A DNA stretch of 62,921 bases, filler included, from an uncultured bacterium (GTDB lineage: Bacteria; DYJV01): the NCBI GenBank assembly GCA_964543655.1. It is 5 parts of 5 records of this genome, joined end to end, with 100 filler letters (N's around TTAATTAATTAA, not from the genome) between each part and the next. Parts side by side here need not be neighbours in the genome. Positions count along the whole stretch, not along the records: positions 22,781 to 48,604 come from CAZIZE010000012.1; 4 more parts are not named here. One strand, 5' to 3'. The notes beneath the pieces were generated by a model that was not told the DNA's origin, searched no databases, and saw only the letters and a program-made list of their open reading frames with translations. The translations under genes were made by a program, and so were the position numbers. How positions within the stretch are numbered: position 1 is the stretch's first letter; every line of letters starts with the position of its first letter. Positions 31,054-41,101 of this stretch are shown piece by piece.

Positions 31054-31834
31054 TGAACATTGATGGAGAGAAAATAAGGTTATTGTTAAGTATTTTTATA
31101 AAATTTATACAATTTTGCATATTAACATCAAAAATATTTATTAGACTAAAATCTATTCCTCGTGAAAATGCCATTGCCATATATATTGAATCAAGTTTTT
31201 TTACACTTCTATTTTTACCTGTGGAGCCAGTGGTAAGATTTGAAAAACCCATCATTGTCCTAATGTCTGGTGAAATTGCATCTTTAACCATTGAAATAAA
31301 CTCAAGATTGCTTTGGTTATAAATAGAGCTATTCTCCCAGCCAAGTGGAGCTACAATTGGATCCAAAATAATCTTGCTAAATGGAATTCCAGCTTCAGTA
31401 AAAACATTCACAATTTCAGTTGCAAGTATGATTTTTTCATCTACTGTTAATGGAATATGGTTATCCATAATTAGAGCAACAACTTCAAGGTTGTTTTCTA
31501 CTGCAATTGGGATGATTTCTTGAAATTTTTTCTCATCTTTGGAAAATGAATTTAAAATTGGAGGATTTTTGCAATATTTTAAACATTCAATTATTGAATC
31601 TCTATTAACTGTATCAATAACTATCTCAAATTCACCAACTTCATTTAATGTTTTAAATATAAATTTTATTATCTCTGAAATATCTTTTTTAGTTTGCCCA
31701 AGGTTAATATCAATATAATCTGAAAATTTTTGACAATTTTCAAAAAATTTATAAAAAAATTTCTTATTTTTCTCTTTAAGATTATGCAAAATAGTGGGAT
31801 TTGATAGTGTAAGATTATCAGCTACTATAAACAT
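31046..31834 (-). CDS. Pterin-binding TIM-barrel protein (AcsE/MetH pterin-domain-like)
   Basis: YIDINLG, IDT, ILNS, ILDP, GFSN. Confidence 0.75.
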   Translation of the reverse strand: MFIVADNLTLSNPTILHNLKEKNKKFFYKFFENCQKFSDYIDINLGQTKKDISEIIKFIFKTLNEVGEFEIVIDTVNRDSIIECLKYCKNPPILNSFSKDEKKFQEIIPIAVENNLEVVALIMDNHIPLTVDEKIILATEIVNVFTEAGIPFSKIILDPIVAPLGWENSSIYNQSNLEFISMVKDAISPDIRTMMGFSNLTTGSTGKNRSVKKLDSIYMAMAFSRGIDFSLINIFDVNMQNCINFIKILNNNLIFSPSMFNE

Positions 31835-31995
31835 ATCCCTCTCCTATTTATATACATCCAAAATTCAATGTTTATGAAAAAATTGATAGTAGTTGTTAGT
31901 AATTATAATTCATAGTTATTTATGGTAAATTTTAGTAATATATTGAAATTCAAAATTTTAAATACAAACTCTCAACAACTATATCCTAACCCCTA

Positions 31996-32097
31996 ATACA
32001 AGTTTACAGTTCAAAGTTCATAGTTCAACGTTAAAAGATGGTACAATAACAACAATTTAAGAATAGTTCAAATGTCATTTCAAATAGAAAATTGTAT
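31996..32097 (+). mobile_element. MITE family B, about 102 bp, with internal heptamers
   Basis: ATACAA...GAAAATTGTAT termini; inverted copies at 40940-41028 and 60417-60522. Confidence 0.82.
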
Positions 32098-32098
32098 A

Positions 32099-32217
32099 AT
32101 ACAAAACCAACCTTAAAGCAAAAGATTTTTCAGGCTAAAGCCCTCAAAATAACAGCTTATGCAGTAAATAGGAGCACTTATAAAAAATGCTGTTGGATTT
32201 TACATTTGGTTTTGTAT
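32099..32217 (-). mobile_element. MITE family A copy abutting a family B copy
   Basis: Inverted relative to 25475-25593, same length. Confidence 0.85.
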
Positions 32218-32258
32218 AACATTACTGTAAGCAACTATCTTCTTGCTCAGTATCAAAT

Positions 32259-32289
32259 AAAAAAGGCAAAAGGTTATACACCTTTTGCC
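32259..32289 (-). terminator. Intrinsic terminator after slyD
   Basis: GGCAAAAGG-ttataca-CCTTTTGCC followed by a T run on the minus strand. Confidence 0.75.
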
Positions 32290-32313
32290 AGAAACACAGG
32301 TTTATAAAAAAAA

Positions 32314-32817
32314 TTAACAGCCTGAACAGCCACCACAATCTGTTGGGCTACAAGATGTAGCAAATCCCAAAAGCTGTGCAATTTCTTTCTCATCAGCAGG
32401 TGCAACTTCTGTAACTTTTACATCAAATTTTAATGTTTTCCCTGCAAGAGGATGGTTAAAATCAGCTATTACTTCTCCATTTTCAACAGCAGTAACCATA
32501 AATTGCAGAGGTCTTCCATCACTATCAGTAACTTCATAAACTTGTCCTGGGTTAAGATTGCTTCCAGCAGGAAATCTATCAACTGGAATTTTCTGAACAA
32601 GGTCTTCACGTCTCTCTCCATAACCTTCTGCAGGCTCTACTTCAAAAGATTTTTCTTCATCTGCTACCATTCCTTCTAAATTTTTCTCAACACCTGGTAT
32701 AACCTGTGAATAACCATAGATAAAAGTAAAAGGCATATCTTTACTTTCATCTACCAAATTACCATCCACAAATAACTTGTACTCAAATGTTACTTTCATG
32801 TTTTTTGCAACTTTCAT
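32314..32817 (-). CDS. slyD: SlyD-like FKBP peptidyl-prolyl isomerase
   Basis: PAEGYG, DFNHPLAGKTL; Cys-rich tail. Confidence 0.9.
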   Translation of the reverse strand: MKVAKNMKVTFEYKLFVDGNLVDESKDMPFTFIYGYSQVIPGVEKNLEGMVADEEKSFEVEPAEGYGERREDLVQKIPVDRFPAGSNLNPGQVYEVTDSDGRPLQFMVTAVENGEVIADFNHPLAGKTLKFDVKVTEVAPADEKEIAQLLGFATSCSPTDCGGCSGC

Positions 32818-33316
32818 TCTTTCTCCTTAATTTTTATTCTTAGCAATATTTCATCTGCCACTTCTTCAATGCTTTTATAGTCACATGAAATGACAATATT
32901 TGCAATTGAATTATAGCAGGAATGCCTTTTTTCAAAAAGACCGGTTTCAAACCTGAGAGGTCTATTCATATCATTAAAAATTCTATTAAGCAATATTTTT
33001 TTTGAATTTTTTAAATAAATTATAATACCTAAATTTTTCAAAAGCTTTTTTTCTTTTAAGTAAAAAGGTAATCCACCTCCTGTTGCTATTATGCTATTTT
33101 TAATTTTTTTTTTGCTAATTGAAAAATTAATCTATTTTCTCTGTTTCTAAAATATTTTTCTCCAAAAATTTTAAAAATTTCAGGTATTGTCATTTCTTCA
33201 TTTTTTTCAATTAAATAATCTGTGTCTATAAAATTATATCTTATCTTTTTTGAAAGTAGTTTACCAACTGATGTTTTTCCAGAGCCCATATATCCAATTA
33301 AAATTAAATTTTGCAT
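32814..33316 (-). pseudogene. aroK: Shikimate kinase, frameshifted at an A10 run (may be a sequencing error)
   Basis: GYMGSGKT, DTD, GEKYFR; IATGGG motif continues in another frame past T10 at 33104-33113. Confidence 0.85.
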
Positions 33317-34971
33317 TACTTAAGTTCCTCTAAATATTTGTAGAATACATAGCCCTTTATTCCTTTATAATCAATGTAGTACCATGGTCTATCTTTTCTT
33401 TGAAGAATTGTAACAATTCTACCTTTTTTAATAATTGTAACTCTTTTAGAAGAAAGAAGCGGCTTTTCCCTAACACTTAAATTAATTAATACTTTAGCCT
33501 TGTTGAGATTTTCATTTTTTTTTTCTAACACACTTTTATTTTTGCTAATTTTATTATAATGCACATTATCATTAAAAGGCAACTGATTAACTGTAGCCAC
33601 TTTTCTTTCAACTACATGTGGAGTTATAAATATGAGAAGCTCCCCTTTAACATTAGATTTTATGTTATTTTTAAATAAAAAACCAACTATTGGTAAATCT
33701 GAGAAAAATGGTAATGAATCTTGTCCCTGAGTTTCTGCATTGGAAATAATGCCACCAATAACCGCTGTCTCACCATCTTTGAGAAGTAGTTTTGTCTTTA
33801 CTGACTGGGTATTAATAGCTGGACCATCTGTAGTTTGTTGCCCAATGGAATCTTTTGATAAATTCAGATCAAGAAGAACCATTTTGTTTGGAGTAATATG
33901 TGGTGTTACTTCTAACTTTAATGTTGCATCTTTAAATTCAGTTTTTGTCCCAGCATCACTTACAGTTTTATATGGTATCTGCTGCCCCTGCTCAATAACA
34001 GCTTTTTCATTATCAAGGGCAATTACCTTTGGAGCAGAAATCTCCTTTGCCATATTTTTAGATTTTAAAGCTGTTAATTTAACAGAAAGATTATAATATC
34101 CCCATTTACCAAAAATTAATCCTAATCCACCTACAGGTGCCTGCACAGTAGGTGCATTAACAACATAACTACCTGGTACTGATATAGGGTTGTAATTAGC
34201 TGCTTTCTGACTTGTACCAGGTGGCTCTATATTTGTAGTGGGCATGGCAACGCTGCTTCCACCAGATGCACCGGTAATTCCGTAGAAAAAATCTTTGGAT
34301 GTCATTCTCTGAACAAATGAACCACCCCACTGAATCCCCAATTCTTTAGAAGCAGTATTTTTAATTACTATAATTTTTGCTTCTATAATAACCTGAGGAG
34401 TTGGTCTGTCAAGAACTTTTACAATCTTTTCTATTTTCTTTATGTTTCTATCAATATCAGTTACAATAAAAGAGTTGGTCCTTATATCAGTGATAACTTT
34501 GCCTCTATCTGATAGCAACGATTTAATATTACTACTTATATTTGAGACTTTTGCAAAATTTACACTAATTATTTTCGTATGAAGTGGTGCAAGTTTCTTC
34601 TTACGCTCCTGCTCTTTGATTTTCTCAAGCTCTCTCTCCCTTTTTTCTTGTAACATTTTTTGGACATATGCATTGGTAACTATTCTAACAACATTCCCTT
34701 CTACTATTTTTTTTAAGTTTTTCATTTCAAGGATAATTTTCAATGCTTGCTGCCAGGGAACATTTTTTAATCTAATAGTAATTGTCCCCTTAACATCTTG
34801 ATCTATCAGAAAATTTTTATTTTCATATTCAGCAAATAACATTAGCACATTTTTTAAATCAGCATCTTTGAAAACAAGGCTAACCTTTTCACCTTTATAA
34901 TTTGCAGCCAGAACCGTTGAAGTGTATAAAATTAAAAAAATCATCAAGATTTTTAAGGTAGATTTAAACAT
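33316..34971 (-). CDS. pilQ: Type IV pilus secretin with C-terminal SH3-like domain
   Basis: VPWQQAL, PQVIIEAKI, LEVTPHIT, ELLIFITP; last gene of pilMNOPQ. Confidence 0.93.
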   Translation of the reverse strand: MFKSTLKILMIFLILYTSTVLAANYKGEKVSLVFKDADLKNVLMLFAEYENKNFLIDQDVKGTITIRLKNVPWQQALKIILEMKNLKKIVEGNVVRIVTNAYVQKMLQEKRERELEKIKEQERKKKLAPLHTKIISVNFAKVSNISSNIKSLLSDRGKVITDIRTNSFIVTDIDRNIKKIEKIVKVLDRPTPQVIIEAKIIVIKNTASKELGIQWGGSFVQRMTSKDFFYGITGASGGSSVAMPTTNIEPPGTSQKAANYNPISVPGSYVVNAPTVQAPVGGLGLIFGKWGYYNLSVKLTALKSKNMAKEISAPKVIALDNEKAVIEQGQQIPYKTVSDAGTKTEFKDATLKLEVTPHITPNKMVLLDLNLSKDSIGQQTTDGPAINTQSVKTKLLLKDGETAVIGGIISNAETQGQDSLPFFSDLPIVGFLFKNNIKSNVKGELLIFITPHVVERKVATVNQLPFNDNVHYNKISKNKSVLEKKNENLNKAKVLINLSVREKPLLSSKRVTIIKKGRIVTILQRKDRPWYYIDYKGIKGYVFYKYLEELK

Positions 34972-34974
34972 TAG

Positions 34975-35532
34975 TTATTCTCCTTCATTGTCTAATGTTA
35001 ATTCTTTTGTTACTATTTTTATTTCGTTTAATAATCCTCTTTTTTTCTTTTCTAATTTAACATAATTATCACCTATTGCTATTACTTTAAAATGTTCCTT
35101 TCCTATATAATCTCCTACAGAAAAAAATAATCCAAGTTTTTCACTTGTCTCAACCATTGCAAGCGGACGTTTGCCTGGTGCTTTTATAATTGCTTTTAAT
35201 TTATATTGAGCTATACTGTACATTGTAAGTGGTGTTTCTGGGACATTGTCTTCCACATTTTCCTCTATTTTATTTTTCATAAAAAAAGGTTTAAAAGGAT
35301 CACGCTCAGTTGTCAATGAATATATAAATTTATGTATTTTTTTCTTTTCTTTAATAACTTTTTGTTGAATTTTTTTATTTTTTATCTTTTTCCTTTTGAG
35401 CAACTTTTTTGGTATTACAACTTTTGTAGGTTTCTGCTTCTCCTCTCCACATCCTATAAGAAAAAGAGATAACAGCAGAATAATTATTAAACAAAAAATA
35501 TAAAATCTACTTCTTCTTTCTTTTTTTAGCAT
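34975..35532 (-). CDS. pilP: Pilus assembly lipoprotein PilP
   Basis: Lipobox LIGC, RDPFKP; position in operon. Confidence 0.85.
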   Translation of the reverse strand: MLKKERRSRFYIFCLIIILLLSLFLIGCGEEKQKPTKVVIPKKLLKRKKIKNKKIQQKVIKEKKKIHKFIYSLTTERDPFKPFFMKNKIEENVEDNVPETPLTMYSIAQYKLKAIIKAPGKRPLAMVETSEKLGLFFSVGDYIGKEHFKVIAIGDNYVKLEKKKRGLLNEIKIVTKELTLDNEGE

Positions 35533-36100
35533 TCACACTTTCCTTAAGGAATATATATGTCTCTAATTCTCCACTAAAAGTTAATGAGTTATCTTTATTT
35601 GGAATTAATGTAAGGGTTTTAACTTTAACTATTCTTTGCATATTTGAAATTTCCCATAAAAACTTTGCTATATCATGATAATGGCCTGTTAATCTAAGGG
35701 AAATTGGAATCTGTGCAAAAAATTCTTTTTTTTCAATTGCACCTGGCTTAAAATTTAGAAAATCTAAATTAAACTTTTTCCCTATTTCACTTATATTGAA
35801 AAGTAAACTTGGTATCTCTTTAGTATCAGGTAATTTTTTTAGAGCAATATTAAAATCTTTTTCTAATTGTTTTAATTCAGCCTGGAAACTTTTCAATTTC
35901 TTCTTAACCCTAATAATGATTAAAGTTTGCCTTTTAAGCTTTGACAGTTGATACTGCTTTTTCTCAATTGTTTCAAATTGTGAAGTAATAATTGTAAAAT
36001 ATAATCCTGCTGCAATTAATACCCAAATTAAAGCATAAATTAAAATTTTAACAAAATTAGGTAGAGAAAAATATTTGTCTAAAATAATATCTTTGTTCAT
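35507..36100 (-). CDS. pilO: Pilus assembly protein PilO
   Basis: LPDTKEIPSLL, GHYHDI, RIV. Confidence 0.9.
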   Translation of the reverse strand: MNKDIILDKYFSLPNFVKILIYALIWVLIAAGLYFTIITSQFETIEKKQYQLSKLKRQTLIIIRVKKKLKSFQAELKQLEKDFNIALKKLPDTKEIPSLLFNISEIGKKFNLDFLNFKPGAIEKKEFFAQIPISLRLTGHYHDIAKFLWEISNMQRIVKVKTLTLIPNKDNSLTFSGELETYIFLKESVNAKKRKKK

Positions 36101-36660
36101 TACAAAATATCTTTCAATTTTTTTTGATTAATATTCATTTTTAAAGTAAAATATTTAAATTTATAACCTAAATAATTAATTTGACTTACCTGAATTAATT
36201 CTATAGAAGAAAAAGCTCCTGTTTTCTTTAAATTTTTTATAAACTGCACAATAGTTGGCTCATCTATTGCAACTCCATTAATAGAAATATTAAATTTATC
36301 TTCTTTAAAAGATTTCAGCCATACCTTTTCTGGAATATTTTCAGCAAATATTGCCATTAAGTAAGGTGGTAATAATTTAAAATTTTCAAGCTCCCGGATA
36401 ATTTTAAATTTAGTCTGAAAAAGTTTCTTTTTAGCTTTAAATTTTCTAAGCTGTATTCTTAATGACCTTAATTCTCTTAATTTTCTTTTGTTATATGCAA
36501 TTTCTTTGTCAATTTTGTTAATTTTAGTTTCATTTATAAAATACACCCCAGAAAAAATACCAACTATTAAACAAAAAATCACCACATTCCAAATAATAGT
36601 AATTTTTATTTCATATTTTCTCTTTATCTCTTTAATTGGTAGGAGATTAATTTTTATCAT
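36100..36660 (-). CDS. pilN: Pilus assembly protein PilN
   Basis: MIKINLLP, IPEKVWL. Confidence 0.9.
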   Translation of the reverse strand: MIKINLLPIKEIKRKYEIKITIIWNVVIFCLIVGIFSGVYFINETKINKIDKEIAYNKRKLRELRSLRIQLRKFKAKKKLFQTKFKIIRELENFKLLPPYLMAIFAENIPEKVWLKSFKEDKFNISINGVAIDEPTIVQFIKNLKKTGAFSSIELIQVSQINYLGYKFKYFTLKMNINQKKLKDIL

Positions 36661-37709
36661 TCATCCATTCCCCTAAGTGCTAATCCAGCTGCAACTGCAA
36701 ATTGAGGTTTTATATAGTTAATATAATCTTTATCAAAAAGTTTTTCATCAATTTCTACATTTTTAAATGGGTCAAGATAACCTATTTCAGAACCACTGTA
36801 TCTCGATTTTAGAAACCTTTTAATATCTTTATTTAAAGCTCCACCACCTGATAAAAAAATTTTATCAATTTTATCCTCATTTGTAGATGAAAGATAGAGA
36901 TCCAATCCCTTCGCAATATTAGAAGTAATATTTTTATTAATTGATGAAATAAAATTTTGTATATGAGGATTAGGATTGTTTTCAATTTTCATTTTTTCAA
37001 TTTCTGAATATGGAAGATTTAATGTATTTTGAATCCTCTCATAAGGTAGAAAATTACCAAGTATTGTATCTCTGTAGAAAAGACTCTGAAAATTTTTCAA
37101 AATTAAAATATTTAATAAATTAGCACCAATATTTATAAGCGCCACAGTTTCTGCCGGGTCAATATCTTCTTTGTAATTATATTCAAAAATGTTCTGTATT
37201 GCAAAAAAGTCTATATCAGCAACCTCTGGCTTTAATCCTGATTCTATTAATATGGTGAGATAATCATCAAGAATCTCCTCTTTAACTGCTATTAAAAGAA
37301 TATCATTTTGCTCTGATTCTTCCTCCTGCTCAAATATATGAAAAGCTATTTTTATCTCATTAATATTGTATGGAATATGGTTGGGAGCCTCAAGCTCCAC
37401 TCCTCTCTGAATATCATCAAATGTTTCACCTTTTACCTGAATTCTTTTAATAATAGTATCATTTCCTGGAATTGAGAATGCTGTAGAGTTTTTCTTTAAT
37501 TTATAATATGAAATAATAGTTTTGATTCTATCAATAATTTCATTGGTATTTATAAGCATTTCATCCACAATGGTTTCAAAAGATAAACATGAATGACCTA
37601 AATTAGACAGAGAGATTTTCTCTTTTTGAAAGGAAAACTCAACAAATTTAACAGCATATTTACCTATATCAAGCCCTATAAAGGTTTTTGCTTTTTTTAA
37701 AATTTTCAT
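36657..37709 (-). CDS. pilM: Pilus assembly protein PilM
   Basis: IGLDIG, LSGGGA, AAGLALRG. Confidence 0.92.
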   Translation of the reverse strand: MKILKKAKTFIGLDIGKYAVKFVEFSFQKEKISLSNLGHSCLSFETIVDEMLINTNEIIDRIKTIISYYKLKKNSTAFSIPGNDTIIKRIQVKGETFDDIQRGVELEAPNHIPYNINEIKIAFHIFEQEEESEQNDILLIAVKEEILDDYLTILIESGLKPEVADIDFFAIQNIFEYNYKEDIDPAETVALINIGANLLNILILKNFQSLFYRDTILGNFLPYERIQNTLNLPYSEIEKMKIENNPNPHIQNFISSINKNITSNIAKGLDLYLSSTNEDKIDKIFLSGGGALNKDIKRFLKSRYSGSEIGYLDPFKNVEIDEKLFDKDYINYIKPQFAVAAGLALRGMDE

Positions 37710-37789
37710 ACAGGTTTTCCTCTAAACATTGTTCTATTTAATTTTATTTTTAAAATTTGTCAAGCTTTCTTTGCAAAATTATTAAAATT

Positions 37790-38758
37790 TTATAACATTT
37801 TGGCTATATTTTTTGCAAAATATGTTAAAATTATATCAGCCCCTGCTCTTTTAATAGCAAGTAATGTCTCTAACATAACACTTTTTTCATCAATCCAACC
37901 AAGTTTAGCTGCTGCTTTTATCATGGAATATTCACCACTTACATTATAAGCAGCAACTGGCCTGTTAAAATTTTCTTTAACTTTATAAATTATATCAAGA
38001 TATGCAAGGGCGGGTTTTACCATTACAATATCTGCTCCTTCATCTATATCAAGCTCTACTTCTCTCAGTGCTTCATTGCTATTTGCAATATCCATCTGGT
38101 AAGATTTTCTATCACCAAATTGAGGTGGAGATTCAGCAGCATCTCTAAAAGGGCCATAATATGCTGAAGAGTATTTTGCTGAATATGCCATTATAGGAAT
38201 ATCCTGAAAACCATTTTCATCAAGAGCTTCTCTTATTGCACCAACTCTCCCATCCATCATATCTGATGGCGCCACCATATCTGCTCCTGCTTCAACATGG
38301 CTGATTGCTTCTCTGGATAAAAGCTCAAGAGTTTCATCATTTAAAATAGTTCCATTTTTTACTACACCGCAATGACCATGAGAAGTATACTCACACAAAC
38401 ATACATCGGTAATAATTATAATATCCTTAAATATCTTTTTTATTTCCCTTACAGCTCTTTGTATAATTCCATTTTCAGAATAAGCTTCACTACCCATCTC
38501 ATCTTTGGTCTCAGGAATACCAAACAGGATAAAAGATTTTAATCCTAAATTAACAGATTCCTCAATTTCTTTTATTGCATTGTCAATGGATAATTGATAT
38601 ATCCCTGGCATTGATCTTACTTCATTTTTAATATTTTTACCTGGACATATAAATAATGGATAGATAAAATCCTCTTTTCTCAAAAATGTTTCTCTAACCA
38701 TAGCTCTGAAATTTTCATTTTTTCTGAGCCTTCTTGGCCTATAAATAGGATAATACAT
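37790..38758 (-). CDS. hemB: Porphobilinogen synthase
   Basis: [25 protein letters not shown]. Confidence 0.97.
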   Translation of the reverse strand: MYYPIYRPRRLRKNENFRAMVRETFLRKEDFIYPLFICPGKNIKNEVRSMPGIYQLSIDNAIKEIEESVNLGLKSFILFGIPETKDEMGSEAYSENGIIQRAVREIKKIFKDIIIITDVCLCEYTSHGHCGVVKNGTILNDETLELLSREAISHVEAGADMVAPSDMMDGRVGAIREALDENGFQDIPIMAYSAKYSSAYYGPFRDAAESPPQFGDRKSYQMDIANSNEALREVELDIDEGADIVMVKPALAYLDIIYKVKENFNRPVAAYNVSGEYSMIKAAAKLGWIDEKSVMLETLLAIKRAGADIILTYFAKNIAKML

Positions 38759-38784
38759 ATTAACCTCCCTAACATATTTTTAAG

Positions 38785-39159
38785 CTATTCAAATTTGCCT
38801 GATAATTCAAGCTTCCATTTTTCAATATTGTTAAAATAGATATATGCATTAATAATTTCACCATTTTCATGCAGCTTAACTTTTATCATTTTTCTATAAT
38901 AATATTCCGGGCATTCTTCCAATATATCAAGTTTCTCAAGTGTTTCTAAATCAACAAGATAAACTTCCCCTTTAATTGTGGATACTTTTTCATATTCATT
39001 TACTACAGGATACTCGCCAATATAGAGAGCATACTTTTCTACACTTTCAGCATTACCAAGAAACAAACTTTTTTCAAGAAGAAAATGATTTGAAAATCCT
39101 TTTTTTAATGTTCCATACACAAAAACAGGTATAAGGTCTTTAAATTTCCCTTTTTCCAT
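38785..39159 (-). CDS. Gamma-glutamylcyclotransferase (AIG2-like)
   Basis: VFVYGTLKKG, GEVY, LDILE; start uncertain. Confidence 0.85.
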   Translation of the reverse strand: MEKGKFKDLIPVFVYGTLKKGFSNHFLLEKSLFLGNAESVEKYALYIGEYPVVNEYEKVSTIKGEVYLVDLETLEKLDILEECPEYYYRKMIKVKLHENGEIINAYIYFNNIEKWKLELSGKFE

Positions 39160-39312
39160 AATTAAAGAAAATTTTCTTTTACCTATTGCATATTTTAAAT
39201 TTTTTTTCAAAGAAAATTATTAAATTAAAAACATAATAAAAAAACAGGAAAAAAGAGAATTGTAAATCATAGATAAATATGATAAAATAAGAAAAATTGT
39301 AGGAGATTTTAA

Positions 39313-39765
39313 ATGGATATTATAGATAAATTCTGTTTTTATTTTGAAGAAAATAGAGTGGTAGATTTTCTCTCATTATTTCATACTAACTCCACATATA
39401 TTGATTGTCTTTATGGAACTTTTACAGGTATTAAAGAAATTGAATTTTTTTTTAAAAAATGTCATAAAGAAGCATCTAATTATAAATTTAAACCAATAAA
39501 TAAAATTCTTAACAATAACCTTGCATCATTTGAATGGGAATTCTCCTTTGTTTCAAACATGCCTCTTTCAGATGGGAAAAATATTTTTATTAAAGGTTGT
39601 AGTTTTATAACCATGAATAATAACAAAATAGAGTCATACAGGGATTATGCTGATTCAGTGTTATTTTTAATTCAAGGCAATGTCCCAGCAAAAAAAATAG
39701 TTGATTTTTACAATAAAAAATTACAGAGGGAAAATTATGTCAAAAGCATTAAAGATTTTAAATGA
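39313..39765 (+). CDS. SnoaL/NTF2-like protein
   Basis: EWEF, GCS, KIESYRDYAD pattern. Confidence 0.75.
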   Translation: MDIIDKFCFYFEENRVVDFLSLFHTNSTYIDCLYGTFTGIKEIEFFFKKCHKEASNYKFKPINKILNNNLASFEWEFSFVSNMPLSDGKNIFIKGCSFITMNNNKIESYRDYADSVLFLIQGNVPAKKIVDFYNKKLQRENYVKSIKDFK

Positions 39766-40825
39766 CCTTTCTTTAATTGCTGAGCCTGCATTTAAAGAAT
39801 TTAAAACAACTGAGTATATTGTTGATTTTTTAAAAAAAGAAAATATAAAAATAGATAAAATATTTAAAACTGGGTGCTTTGGAACTATTGATATTGGAAA
39901 AGAAAAAACAATTGCAATTAGAGCTGATATTGACGCGCTTCCTATTAATAAAAACTCCACTGAATTTAAACATCTCTGTGGTCATCATGCCCATACAGCA
40001 GGACTCTTACTGGCACTTAAAACAATAAATGAAAATAGAGAAAAATTAAAACATAACATTAGATACATTTTTCAACCAGCAGAAGAAACTGGAAATGGAG
40101 CACAATTTATTATAGACCAAGGTGCAATGAGGAATATCTCTTATGTTTTTGGATTGCATGGTGACCCAAATTATCCCTTAGGTAATGTTTGTCTAAAAAA
40201 AGGCGAGGTTATGGCTGGTGCTGCATCTTTTGATATTAAAATTAATGGCAAAAGCACACATGCTGCTTTTCCTCAATATGGAAATGATGTTGTTGTGGCA
40301 ATGTCAGAATATATAAATATATGTCAGAAAATTATCAGCAGATTTAAAGATCCTATGGAAAATGGTTTAATTTCCTTTACAATGGTTAACTGTGGTTCTG
40401 CTAAAAATATCTTACCTGAAAAAGTTGAAATATCCGGTACTTTTAGATTTTTTAACAATCATATAAAATCGCTAATAAAAGATAAAATGATAGATTCTTT
40501 AAAAGCTATTGAGAAAATTTATAATGTAAAGGGTGAAATTAGCTTTGATTTTGTAACAGAACCTGTGAAAAACAGTAGTGAGTTAATAGATAAATTAAAA
40601 AAATTTTTAGAAAAAGATTATAAAATAATAAATGATTACAATAAAATCATGGGTTCAGAGGATTTTTCAGAATATTTAAAAATCGCAAAAGGAGTATTTT
40701 TAATTGTAGGAATAGCAACAAGTAACAATCATCCACCATTACATAACAAAGATTTTTTTGTAACAGAAAAAGCTGTTGAAATATATAGAGATATTTGGGA
40801 AAAATTAGCTTTTAATTTTAAGTAA
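39737..40825 (+). CDS. M20D family amidohydrolase
   Basis: RADIDALP, CGH, FQPAEE, SEDF. Confidence 0.9.
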   Translation: MSKALKILNDLSLIAEPAFKEFKTTEYIVDFLKKENIKIDKIFKTGCFGTIDIGKEKTIAIRADIDALPINKNSTEFKHLCGHHAHTAGLLLALKTINENREKLKHNIRYIFQPAEETGNGAQFIIDQGAMRNISYVFGLHGDPNYPLGNVCLKKGEVMAGAASFDIKINGKSTHAAFPQYGNDVVVAMSEYINICQKIISRFKDPMENGLISFTMVNCGSAKNILPEKVEISGTFRFFNNHIKSLIKDKMIDSLKAIEKIYNVKGEISFDFVTEPVKNSSELIDKLKKFLEKDYKIINDYNKIMGSEDFSEYLKIAKGVFLIVGIATSNNHPPLHNKDFFVTEKAVEIYRDIWEKLAFNFK

Positions 40826-40939
40826 TACAAACTCCTGAATCAAGAGATTTTATGGGATAGAGCTCTTAATTAGTTTACAGTTATCAGTTCAAAGTTTAAA
40901 GTTAAATTAAGATTTGGATTTAGGGATTAGGAATTTATT

Positions 40940-41028
40940 ATACAATTTTCTATTTCAATATTTTTAACTTGTTGTTATTAAAGTATCTTTCAACGTTGAA
41001 CTATGTACTTTGAACCGTAAACTTGGAT
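40940..41028 (-). mobile_element. MITE family B copy inside a degenerate family A copy (about 40825-41077)
   Basis: Reverse complement matches 31996-32097; family A-like pieces on both sides. Confidence 0.75.
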
Positions 41029-41101
41029 AAAAACACTTTTTAAAAAAGTTGTTAGATTTTACATCTGCTTTATTATAAAAAAGCTTTTAAAGAGGTAAGA
41101 G

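Noticed and set aside
32092-32307. 71-aa ORF
   Set aside because: Lies over a MITE A copy and the slyD terminator
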